Shown here: positions 9,356-18,583 of the stretch, one piece after another
How positions within the stretch are numbered: position 1 is the stretch's first letter
Layout: each line of letters starts with the position of its first letter
Source of the DNA: Candidatus Hermodarchaeota archaeon
Lineage (GTDB): Archaea; Asgardarchaeota; Lokiarchaeia; Sigyniarchaeales; SOKP01
Length of the DNA stretch: 64,000 nt
Assembly: GCA_048885525.1 (NCBI GenBank)
Contig: JBHLLP010000005.1
Coordinates: 14,335-78,334 of the forward strand
Direction: 5' to 3'
Notes under the pieces: model-generated
What the model was told of the DNA's origin: nothing
Database searches by the model: none
What the model saw: only the letters and a program-made list of their open reading frames with translations
Program-made: the position numbers and the translations under genes

Positions 9356-10495
9356 ATGGAAGCAATGGCAGAATATTTGATAAAGATTGAAGATTTCCCC
9401 AAAATCTTGGCAATTTTACTAAAAGAGAAAACGGTAGACAAAATTATCGGTGCTGAATTGAGAGTTGATAAGAAATCTGGTAATATAGATAGATTTACTG
9501 TTCAGCCTAAGTTAGCAGAAAAAGAGGAAGATCTAAAGGATTTTCCATTAACTCCTTTAATTGCATTTGGATATGCTAGAACTGATTCTGCTTCAAAATT
9601 TTTACATAAATCCGTGGAGGGTGCAATGAAGGAGAAAGTAGGTCTTATTGCACGGCCATGTGATACAAGAGCATTAATTGAGCTTGCTAAAATAAAACAG
9701 GTAAATCTTGATAATCTTTTTATAATTGGTATTGAAGATAGAGGGATGCTTCCTAAAGCAGGAAGAGAGATGAGATCTATTAAAGATGTTGATCCTATTA
9801 AAATCCTTAAAGAAAAAGTTGGAGATAAAGGTCTTATTGTCAAGATGGAAGATGGAACAACTAAAGAGTTAGAGCTTACTGTTGCTGAGAATTGTTTGAG
9901 ATGCTATCGAAAAATTCCAGTTATAGCGGATTTAACTGTTAGCGATCTTGGTATTCCAGTTGATTCAGACGAGATAATTTTAAAGGTATATTCAGATAAA
10001 GGAAGTGAGATTCTAGAAAAATCAGGTGTAAAAGCAAAAACACTACCAGATAAAGAAAAGAAAGCTCATCTAGCAAAATATACTGAAATAATCGATAAAG
10101 CAAAAGAAAAGCGAACAAAGGATTTAGAAGAATGGGAGAAGCTTTCACAAGAAGAAAAAATAGCAGAACTTCTTAAATGCACGATGTGCAACACTTGTAT
10201 AAGAGGATGCCCAGTTTGCTACTGTGTGGATTGTATTTTGCAGAAAAAGAGAAAGGCCAAAAACATTGATAAAGCAACATATCAATTAACGCGTATAGCA
10301 CATGATGCTGATAGATGCGTAGAATGTGGAAACTGTGATAATAACTGTCCTCAGAATCTACCTTTATCACTATATTTTCAATCATTAAATGAAGCCTTTA
10401 AGAAGAAGTTTAAATACGAGGCAGGCATGTCTCTTGAGGATATTCCGTTTCGATCTGGAAAAGCAATTTCCCAGATGGAATTAGAAAAAACATAA
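9356..10495 (+). CDS. FdhB/FrhB-family F420-interacting beta subunit with C-terminal 2x[4Fe-4S]
   Basis: KVGLIARPCDTRALIEL, ENCLRC, ADLTV, CTMCNTCIRGCPVCYC, CVECGNCDNNCP. Confidence 0.85.
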   Translation: MEAMAEYLIKIEDFPKILAILLKEKTVDKIIGAELRVDKKSGNIDRFTVQPKLAEKEEDLKDFPLTPLIAFGYARTDSASKFLHKSVEGAMKEKVGLIARPCDTRALIELAKIKQVNLDNLFIIGIEDRGMLPKAGREMRSIKDVDPIKILKEKVGDKGLIVKMEDGTTKELELTVAENCLRCYRKIPVIADLTVSDLGIPVDSDEIILKVYSDKGSEILEKSGVKAKTLPDKEKKAHLAKYTEIIDKAKEKRTKDLEEWEKLSQEEKIAELLKCTMCNTCIRGCPVCYCVDCILQKKRKAKNIDKATYQLTRIAHDADRCVECGNCDNNCPQNLPLSLYFQSLNEAFKKKFKYEAGMSLEDIPFRSGKAISQMELEKT

Positions 10496-10587
10496 ATAAT
10501 AACTTATTTTTTAATTTTCTTTTTTATAGATTTAGGTTTTTAAGTTCCTAAAGAACTTTAGATTTTCACTTTTTTATTATAATTTTT

Positions 10588-11859
10588 TTATATGTATGAA
10601 CTAAAGAGACTTATTATTTTTGGAAACATAGTCTCAATTAGAGATTTTGATGTATTATTTACTATAGCATCTTTAATAATGTGATTTATCTCATCAATAG
10701 TCCTATCTCCCAATAGTAGTTTAAATAAAAGTGCTCCAGGAATCATGAGGTCAGTAGTTCTAGGATTTGGATATTCTTTTTTAATTTCAATTTTCTCGAT
10801 TTTTCCGTTATTAAAAGTTAATACAATAGTTTCATTATAATTGCTAATTCTTATAGTTTTAGTTAGTCCTTTAAATTCAGAATGATTTAGTCTCCTTTCA
10901 ATTAAATTTTTTACAAAGTGAAAAAACTTTTTTAAATTTGGAATTTTTACTTGCCATCCATAGGTTGAAACTGGTTTTCCCCCTAATGATTTGATATAAT
11001 CAAACAATGGTGAATGTTCACTAACACTAAATGTGATTACATCATTTGCTTTATACTTTCCCATCTTTTTAATAAATTGAAGCAAGCTTATCATCTCGTT
11101 TTTAGATAAATTAGGAGTAGTTATTTCATAATTTTGATTATCATAACTCATTCCAACAGAAAAATAATTTGTGGGGATACTAAGTTCATTAAAAATGTAA
11201 GTGGATCGAACTTCTGAATTAAATATATCATTTAAGTATTTAAATTTAAAAGATTCTGGTTCAAACCTGTTAAAGATATAGAAACGCTTATGGAATTGAT
11301 TATATTTTGTTTTAATAAAAGAAAGGTCCTTAGAATTAGCTTTTCTTATGTTAAGGTTCTCATATTTTTTATTAGGGATTTTGGATGCTGGAATCGCTAT
11401 TCTTTCATCGAGAGATGAAACATATTCATATCCTAACTTACGATAAAAATAGGGGATACCTCTTATAACTGAAAGAATATAACCATTTTGGTCAATTATT
11501 TTTTCATAAAGCTTGTTTAAAAGTTTAACGAAGCCTTTTTCTCTATATTCTTCAAGAGTTCCAACAAATTCCATTTCACATATTGGTAATGGAATGTCTT
11601 CAATTTGCCATTCTATAGGAGATAGACATATCAAAGAGATTAGTTTATTTAATTTATCATCCTTGATATATAACCACAAAATCTCATTTCTTCCCGGATG
11701 TTCTAAAAAAATATTTGGAATATAAGTCTTTAATACCTCTTCTTGATGAACTTCCATACTAAAATTAACTATAGATTTTAATTCGTCTTCGCTATCAGCA
11801 GCAATGTGAATACTGTAGCGATCATCGATTTTCGCAATATAACCTTTTCGAAATTCCAT
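10588..11859 (-). CDS. Eis-like GNAT acetyltransferase (tandem GNAT plus SCP2-like C-terminus)
   Basis: VGTLEEYREKG and GIPYFYRKLGY; about 420 aa; C-terminal LFKLLLG. Confidence 0.75.
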   Translation of the reverse strand: MEFRKGYIAKIDDRYSIHIAADSEDELKSIVNFSMEVHQEEVLKTYIPNIFLEHPGRNEILWLYIKDDKLNKLISLICLSPIEWQIEDIPLPICEMEFVGTLEEYREKGFVKLLNKLYEKIIDQNGYILSVIRGIPYFYRKLGYEYVSSLDERIAIPASKIPNKKYENLNIRKANSKDLSFIKTKYNQFHKRFYIFNRFEPESFKFKYLNDIFNSEVRSTYIFNELSIPTNYFSVGMSYDNQNYEITTPNLSKNEMISLLQFIKKMGKYKANDVITFSVSEHSPLFDYIKSLGGKPVSTYGWQVKIPNLKKFFHFVKNLIERRLNHSEFKGLTKTIRISNYNETIVLTFNNGKIEKIEIKKEYPNPRTTDLMIPGALLFKLLLGDRTIDEINHIIKDAIVNNTSKSLIETMFPKIISLFSSYI

Positions 11860-12052
11860 AATTTTGAAAATAGTTAGCTCTTTTTCAATCTATTTAATTC
11901 CTAAGTTGCTGGTAGTTGTAAATCTTTGGAAAAATTCCGTTATTTTGATTTGAAAAATAGATATGAAAAGTGTGTTTATAAATTATCCATATATCTTAAT
12001 ATATATAATTAATTATCAATTTAAGGTAAAATCCCAAATTTATAGTTTTATC

Positions 12053-12223
12053 ATGAATGAAGAAAATATACAAAACGAGTTAAAAGAAATTGGTCAAAAA
12101 CTTGATAGAATCGGGAAGCTTAATAATAACATACTAACTACACTCACGATATTAGTTATTATATTAATTATTCTCGTTTTTATGTGTTTCATATATTTCT
12201 CAGGTCATTTCCCTCCAATATAG
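12053..12223 (+). CDS. Small tail-anchored protein (short coiled coil plus C-terminal TM), 56 aa
   Basis: From ATG 12053: MNEENIQNELKEIGQKLDRIGKLNNNILTTLTILVIILIILVFMCFIYFSGHFPPI. The upstream extension to 11963 looks like AT-rich intergenic DNA. Confidence 0.55.
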   Translation: MNEENIQNELKEIGQKLDRIGKLNNNILTTLTILVIILIILVFMCFIYFSGHFPPI

Positions 12224-12303
12224 TAATTTAAGTTTTTGAAATTGGATTATCTAATTTGAGATTTAAGTTCTCAATTTGATTCTGTTTTATTTATAAATAG
12301 AAT

Positions 12304-14082
12304 TCACTTCTTTGGAGTCTTAATATCATTTTCCGATGATATCTCAATCCCTTCTTCCTTTTCATAAGGTTTAATCGGTTTAGAGGGATTAATAGGAGTA
12401 TTACAACCCCAACAAAGATTTTCTAAATCTATCAGCGTCTTGGCACAATTCTGACAGTAAATTGTATTACATTCTGGACAAATATAGATATTAAACCTCT
12501 CGATATCTCCCTTACAAACCAAACATACCTTTCTTTCTTTATGAACTGAAATTTTTTCAATAGTCATATGTGTTATGAATGACATCCGATTATGCAACAT
12601 CCCTTGGATTTGGTCTTCTATATGGGCAAGTTTCATGCGTTCAGTTAAGGGTGCATTTGATTCTTTTAATTTTTCCCATACGTCTAATTGTTTGAGTAAT
12701 TTTTCCTGCTCATTTGAAACTTTCATTGCCAACAGTTTATAATTATGCCTTTCGGCTATTTGTTGAGCTTGGGTCAAGAATCGTCTAGCTTCTTTTATAT
12801 TCAAAACTATTAACGATAGTCTGGCTTGTAATAGGTAAGTTTCGGCTAGTAACAAGTGTGAACGGCTTTTCTCAGCTATATCCAATAGTTGAGTAATAAA
12901 AGATTGTAACTCCTCTAATATTTCAAGATCACTGGTAATGCGTAAATCAATTAAGAGTAAATCGCAAAGATTAAGCAGCGTAAAAGTCAAGAAATCAAAA
13001 TCAAAAGTTTCTTTAAGACAGTGTTTGAGTATTTTTTCGGCTCTCCCCCGATTAATAGCTCTTAGGTTAGTTTTCAACATTATTGCCTTATTCATGCGAT
13101 ACACCAGTTTTGATAATTCGCTAATTCCTTGATCTTTGATTTGCTTCAAACGCATTAAGTATTGCCGCGCTTGTTCAAGATCGTTCATATCTAAAGCTAC
13201 GTGAAATAGTGAATCGAGTACTTTCCATGGGGAAGAAGTAATGCTTTCCCAAATTTCTAAGCTTCGCTTTAGGTATTCTTGTGCATGAAATAAGTCGCCT
13301 TTTTGTTGATATATTCCCCCAATATTATTAAGAAATCCCGCAATATCCCTTTTAGAATTCAATTTTTCCGCAATTACTAAACCCTGTTTATTATAATCTA
13401 GAGCATTATCTAAATCTCCTTTATATAAGTAAATTGTCCCTATTGTTGCATAACTTCGCGAAATATTCCGATTGAAATGGTCTTCTTCAAGTGCCAAACC
13501 TCGTTTAGCGTATTCTAAAGCACGATCTAGATCACCTTTAAGAGCTATAATAAATCCACAACGATTAAGGCACCGCGCAATATTTCGCTCTAATCCATAT
13601 TCCTCTCCTATTTTCAAGCTATGCTTAAGGTGATCCATGGAGGTATCTAATTCACCTTTACTTTCATATATAAGACCTTTTATAAAAGAAATAGCCACTT
13701 TCTTTCGCGCAAGTTCTTTTGATGATAAATCTATCATTTCAAAGAGCACATCTTCATTATTAGAAAGTACTTCTAACGCTTTTTCCTCTTGATTCAGCCA
13801 TACTAAAGATTCAGCCATAATAAGGGAAGCATCAAGCAATTGAAGACGGTTTTTCAATTTTTTACTCTCTTGATATACTTGTTCTGCTAATTTAAGCGCT
13901 TCTTGGTCTTGACCTAATCTACTTAAGCTGATACTTTTGAGGAGGTCGTAAGAAACTTGCTCTTGAGTGGTGAGAATTGTGTTTTCACTCAAATTATTTA
14001 GAGTTTGGAGGGCTTCGTAAAATTTTCCTTTCTCTTGGAGCTGTTTTGCTTGAATTAGTTCCTTAATTTCTGAATTTTGCAT
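12304..14082 (-). CDS. TPR-repeat protein with C-terminal C4C4 RING-like zinc finger
   Basis: Repeated xxIGxIYxxKGDLDxALxYxxxxLxI TPRs; C-terminal CLVC-x11-CPEC-x4-CQNC-x10-CWGC. Confidence 0.85.
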   Translation of the reverse strand: MQNSEIKELIQAKQLQEKGKFYEALQTLNNLSENTILTTQEQVSYDLLKSISLSRLGQDQEALKLAEQVYQESKKLKNRLQLLDASLIMAESLVWLNQEEKALEVLSNNEDVLFEMIDLSSKELARKKVAISFIKGLIYESKGELDTSMDHLKHSLKIGEEYGLERNIARCLNRCGFIIALKGDLDRALEYAKRGLALEEDHFNRNISRSYATIGTIYLYKGDLDNALDYNKQGLVIAEKLNSKRDIAGFLNNIGGIYQQKGDLFHAQEYLKRSLEIWESITSSPWKVLDSLFHVALDMNDLEQARQYLMRLKQIKDQGISELSKLVYRMNKAIMLKTNLRAINRGRAEKILKHCLKETFDFDFLTFTLLNLCDLLLIDLRITSDLEILEELQSFITQLLDIAEKSRSHLLLAETYLLQARLSLIVLNIKEARRFLTQAQQIAERHNYKLLAMKVSNEQEKLLKQLDVWEKLKESNAPLTERMKLAHIEDQIQGMLHNRMSFITHMTIEKISVHKERKVCLVCKGDIERFNIYICPECNTIYCQNCAKTLIDLENLCWGCNTPINPSKPIKPYEKEEGIEISSENDIKTPKK

Positions 14083-14180
14083 TTAATTATCTCAATAGAA
14101 TAAATATTACAAACTTGTCCAAAACGTTTTAAATACAATTAATAAAGTAAGTTAGTTTTCAATTTAAATGTAATTTATAA

Positions 14181-14228
14181 TTTCAGTCTGAAAAAGCAAT
14201 TGCCAAGATGGAATTAGAAAAAATTTAA
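14181..14228 (+). repeat. Degenerate direct repeat of the last 48 nt of the fdhB-like gene (10448-10495)
   Basis: 41/48 identical without gaps; encodes FQSEKAIAKMELEKI* versus FRSGKAISQMELEKT*. Confidence 0.85.
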
Positions 14229-14261
14229 TTACTTTTTTTAAAATTCTAGAGTTTTATTATT

Positions 14262-15509
14262 TCAAATTTGATGTTCAGCTTTTCCTATATGGTCAAGCTT
14301 ATGAATATCAGTGAATATCCATATTAATATTGTAACAGCAATTCCAATAATAATACTGAAGAGATATAGATTTTTAATGCCGAGCAATACCGCAAGTGGT
14401 CCCGATAAAAATGACCCAATAGGCATTATAGCAAAAGTCAACGAGTGGTCAAGTGAAACAATTCTTCCTACTTTATCAGAAGGAACAGAGCTTTGTAGTA
14501 GAGTTGCATAGTTTACAATTATGAAATTAAAAGACATTCCTTGAATAAATAATCCAATTCCCATAACAATAAAATGTCCTATTGGTGCGATTATTAAAAA
14601 AGAGTATCCTAAAAAGATCATCAATGTACCAAACATCATTATGAAGGTTTTATGCCAATATTCTTTTTTAAATGAATTAATTATCCCGCCAGTGATATTG
14701 GCTACTGACATGAACATTGAGACAAATGCTAAATTGATTGGATTGCCATTATGGATTTCTTTAATAAAATAAGGTAATAAAACAGAAAACGGTCTCCAAA
14801 GAAAGTTTATAACCATAGCAAAGAATATTAGACTTAATAACCCAGGAACAGCTTTAACTGTTTTTAATCCCAATTTAAACTCGTGAAAAAATGAAGTCTT
14901 TCCTTCTTCTTTAGTAACTTGGCTCACCGAAGGAATTGTAATGAAAAGCAATGGGATAAGCGCAATTATAAACGTAATAATATCAATCATAAAAATTAGT
15001 TCAATGGGTAGAATTAACAAAAGAATTCCTCCCAAAATTGGTCCAATAATAAATATGAAACTATTGAATACATTATTTATTGCATTAACTCTATTCAATC
15101 TATCTTTTGGCACCATTGAAGGTATGATAGCGTTAAAAGCCGGTAAATGAAATGCCTGAAGTATACTGCGAATAGTATTAACTGAAAGAACTAGCCAAAC
15201 ATTTGTAAGACCAAAAAAAAATAAAAGAGACAATCCGAAAGTTACACACGCTTGAATAGCATCTATAGAAATTATAATATATTTTCGATTTAATCTATCT
15301 ACTAATACTCCCGCAATCGGCGCAATAAAAATTTGAGGTACAATATATAGAACTGATGATAAAGAAAGATAAATAGGATTATCAGCGATCCACCAACTTA
15401 TTACAAAATAAACAATTGAGGAACCGAGTAAAGAAAATTCTTGTCCGAATAGGAAATAAAAGAAGTTTTTGTAGTACTTTTTTGATGAATTTTCTTCCAA
15501 TAATATCAA
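14262..15509 (-). CDS. MFS transporter (DHA3/MefA-like)
   Basis: GQEFSLLGS, AGVLVDRLNRK, PAFNAIIPSMVP, GPILGG; about 12 TM. Confidence 0.88.
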   Translation of the reverse strand: MILLEENSSKKYYKNFFYFLFGQEFSLLGSSIVYFVISWWIADNPIYLSLSSVLYIVPQIFIAPIAGVLVDRLNRKYIIISIDAIQACVTFGLSLLFFFGLTNVWLVLSVNTIRSILQAFHLPAFNAIIPSMVPKDRLNRVNAINNVFNSFIFIIGPILGGILLLILPIELIFMIDIITFIIALIPLLFITIPSVSQVTKEEGKTSFFHEFKLGLKTVKAVPGLLSLIFFAMVINFLWRPFSVLLPYFIKEIHNGNPINLAFVSMFMSVANITGGIINSFKKEYWHKTFIMMFGTLMIFLGYSFLIIAPIGHFIVMGIGLFIQGMSFNFIIVNYATLLQSSVPSDKVGRIVSLDHSLTFAIMPIGSFLSGPLAVLLGIKNLYLFSIIIGIAVTILIWIFTDIHKLDHIGKAEHQI

Positions 15510-15694
15510 CTGCCAATTAATTTAAAAATTAAATGTTTCTTGAGTTTTTAATTCTATGATTTCTTGTTATTTTAAGTCGAAATATGTAGGTTTAGAAAGA
15601 AATACTAATTTTTTTAAATGTTATTTTTTTAGCTTAAATAAGCTTCTTGGTAAAATACATTTAAGAATTATAAAAGTCTTGATGAAGAGATAAT

Positions 15695-17641
15695 TTGCGT
15701 TATTCAGATTATAAAATCCATCCAATTCCCCTCTCTCAGGTAAGAATTGAAGATAAATTCTGGTCTTCTAAAATTGAAGTTAATAATCTAATAACAATTC
15801 CTCATGCCTTTAAAAATTTAGAAAATACTGGAAGTATTGACAATTTTTTTAGAGCTGCGGCATTTTTAAGAGATGGAAAAGCACCGACATTTCCTTTTGA
15901 TGATTCTGATGTCTATAAAGTTATTGAAGGAGCAGCATATTCACTAATTTTAATTCCGAATCTTAAACTCGAAAAATATCTTGATAATTTAATTGAAAAA
16001 ATAGCAGCAGCTCAAGAAGATGATGGATACATATATACTACTCGTACAATAAACCCTGATAAACCTCATATATGGGCAGGGAAAAAAAGATGGGAATTAG
16101 TTTCAGTTTTAAGTCATGAATTATATAATATAGGTCATCTTATTGAAGCTGCTATCGCTTACTATCAAGCTACAGGTAAAAAAAAGTTGTTAAATGTAGC
16201 GATCAAGAGTGGAGACTTAGTGGAGATGGATTTTGGGCCGGGGAAAATCGAAAAAATTCCAGGACATCAAGAGATTGAATTAGCGTTAGTAAAATTATTT
16301 AAAACGACTAATAATGACAAATATCTGCGCTTAGCTAAGTATTTTCTTGATATTCGTGGTTCTACTAATGTATTTGAGCATCAAAATTCGTTTAAACAAT
16401 TAAAAAATGATAACCCTCTTATACAGAATACAAATGCCCGAGAATATAACCAAAGCCATAAAAGAATTATTGAACAGGATGAAGTAGTTGGGCATGCTGT
16501 TAGAGCAATGTATATGTATTCTGCCATTACAGACATATCAGCCCTTTATAACGATATAAAATATCGATCTGCTATAACTAGACTTTGGGATAATATAATT
16601 TCAAAAAAAATATATATTACAGGTGGAATTGGGTCGAGATCACATGAATATGGGGAAAGTTTCTGGGATGATTATAAATTACCTAATTTTGAAGCATATA
16701 ATGAAACTTGTGCAGCTATCGGAAATATGTTTTGGAATTACCGACTTTTTTTATTACAGGAAGATGCTAAATATATTGATGTTCTAGAGCGAATATTATA
16801 TAACAGTTTCCTCTCAGGAATCTCTATTGATGGGAAGAAATTTTTTTATTCTAATCCGCTTGCTTCAAAGGGAAATGCTAGAAGGAGATCTTGGTGGAAG
16901 GTAGCTTGTTGTCCTACGAACTTCGTGCGATTTATTCCCCAGATTTCGAGTTATATTTATGCTAATGCGAATAATTGTATTTTTGTTAATCTTTTTGTTG
17001 GAAGTAGTGCATCAATTAATCTTCAAGACACAGAAGTGTCATTATTTCAAGAAACAAATTACCCATGGGATGGAGCTGTGAAAATTACACTCTTCCTTAC
17101 TCAAAAGAAACAATTTGTAATTGCAATTCGAATTCCTGGATGGACTCAGAATAAACCCATGCCAAGTGATTTATATCGCTACTTAACAGTGAATAATCAG
17201 AAAACAAAGTTAAAAGTTAACAATGAAATAATGGAATTTGAAATAAAAAATGGATTTGCTAGAATTCAAAGAACTTGGAAAGATAATGACACCATTGAGT
17301 TAAACCTACCAATGCCTATTAGAAGGGTAATAAGTGATCCAAAGCTTAAAGAAAATAACAATAGAGTAGCAATTGAGCGAGGTCCAATTGTTTATTGTAT
17401 TGAAAGCATTGATAACGAAGGTGAATCAATATTTAACATCAAATTAAACGATAATGATTCACTTCAAGAGAAATATCAGAGTAGTCTACTTAAAGGAATT
17501 GTCACCATTACAAATTATGTTAAAAGAAAGAATAAGAACCTGGAGAAAATATTTGCGATTCCTTATTATGCGTGGGCTAATCGAGGTAAAAGTAAAATGA
17601 CAGTATGGATATGTCGAGACTCTCAAGTAGCTCTTTCTTAA
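15695..17641 (+). CDS. Glycoside hydrolase family 127 (beta-L-arabinofuranosidase-like)
   Basis: FDDSDVYKVIE, HELYNIGH, GHQEIELAL, GHAVRA, YNETCA, ACCPTN, RGPIVYC, IPYYAWANRG. Confidence 0.92.
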   Translation: MRYSDYKIHPIPLSQVRIEDKFWSSKIEVNNLITIPHAFKNLENTGSIDNFFRAAAFLRDGKAPTFPFDDSDVYKVIEGAAYSLILIPNLKLEKYLDNLIEKIAAAQEDDGYIYTTRTINPDKPHIWAGKKRWELVSVLSHELYNIGHLIEAAIAYYQATGKKKLLNVAIKSGDLVEMDFGPGKIEKIPGHQEIELALVKLFKTTNNDKYLRLAKYFLDIRGSTNVFEHQNSFKQLKNDNPLIQNTNAREYNQSHKRIIEQDEVVGHAVRAMYMYSAITDISALYNDIKYRSAITRLWDNIISKKIYITGGIGSRSHEYGESFWDDYKLPNFEAYNETCAAIGNMFWNYRLFLLQEDAKYIDVLERILYNSFLSGISIDGKKFFYSNPLASKGNARRRSWWKVACCPTNFVRFIPQISSYIYANANNCIFVNLFVGSSASINLQDTEVSLFQETNYPWDGAVKITLFLTQKKQFVIAIRIPGWTQNKPMPSDLYRYLTVNNQKTKLKVNNEIMEFEIKNGFARIQRTWKDNDTIELNLPMPIRRVISDPKLKENNNRVAIERGPIVYCIESIDNEGESIFNIKLNDNDSLQEKYQSSLLKGIVTITNYVKRKNKNLEKIFAIPYYAWANRGKSKMTVWICRDSQVALS

Positions 17642-17730
17642 TGTTAATATTACGAATTGGGTTAAGTTTTAATGAAAAAAAAGATTTATTAAGAGTAATA
17701 GATCAATGAATAAGAATATCTCAAAATTAT

Positions 17731-18396
17731 ATGACAAATTTTAAATCTGTTGTCAGTAAACTACAAAAACACTATCCTGATGCATCGGATGTAGTTATTG
17801 TGAGCAATAACGGTAAAATTCTTTATTCAACAAGTAAATGGGATGTTAAAAATGATATTAATAGTTTTTTAAGTAGCTGGGAAAGTGGTACCGCGCAATT
17901 TGTAACTCTAAATGGGATTAGATATTCAATACTTCAAATGGAGCCTGAACGCTTTATTGGGACTAATCGCCAAAAAAAGGGACATCTTATCGGTGCCGCA
18001 TCTCCAGATGGAGAAAAATATATGGTAGCTCATATTAAACCAAAAGCAAAAGGCTGGTTCCATATGGCTTATCCTGCTGTAGCAAGAGCCGCAGCTATGT
18101 TGAAAAAAGGCATAAAATCTGAATTTATTGGATCTAAAATTGATTTATCTAGTGAAACTAAGCAAGAGAGCGTGTACGAGAGCTCATCAAGGCAAACTGT
18201 AGCCTACCAACCTGCTCCAACTGAACCTACAATTGATCCTTATCTTAAAGCAGAAGTTGAAGGCTTTTTACAATGGATAAATAACCCATCAGGATTAGCT
18301 GGTTATATTTCTTATGTTTTACAACAAAACGACCAATATCGAATTTCTAGACTTGCTGAACTTTATAATGAATTATATCACTTATTTTTTGATTAG
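17731..18396 (+). CDS. Asgard (Loki-type) profilin with a C-terminal extension of about 90 aa
   Basis: The first ~125 aa match the Loki profilin pattern (VVIVSNNGKILYSTSKWD, LNGIRYSI, PERFIGTN, KGHLIG); followed by a S/E/P-rich linker and a helical domain. Confidence 0.75.
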   Translation: MTNFKSVVSKLQKHYPDASDVVIVSNNGKILYSTSKWDVKNDINSFLSSWESGTAQFVTLNGIRYSILQMEPERFIGTNRQKKGHLIGAASPDGEKYMVAHIKPKAKGWFHMAYPAVARAAAMLKKGIKSEFIGSKIDLSSETKQESVYESSSRQTVAYQPAPTEPTIDPYLKAEVEGFLQWINNPSGLAGYISYVLQQNDQYRISRLAELYNELYHLFFD

Positions 18397-18583
18397 GAGA
18401 TCCCGCTTAATAATCATCTTTTTAATTTAAGTTATATTCTACACTAAAGTTTAAATTCGCTTAGTCAATTAATTTAAACTTTAAATATTCATTACACTGA
18501 AACGATATTCTTAATTGAAACGTTTATTATCTTATATGAATTATAAATAATTAATCTAAAATTCATAACGAATAAGAGAAAAA

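Noticed and set aside
7424-13132. Short alternative-frame ORFs within hdrA, fdhB, GNAT and TPR genes
   Set aside because: Shadow ORFs of longer motif-bearing genes.
10496-14180. The repeat-flanked block as an autonomous mobile element
   Set aside because: No integrase, transposase or replication gene; kept only as an insertion scar.
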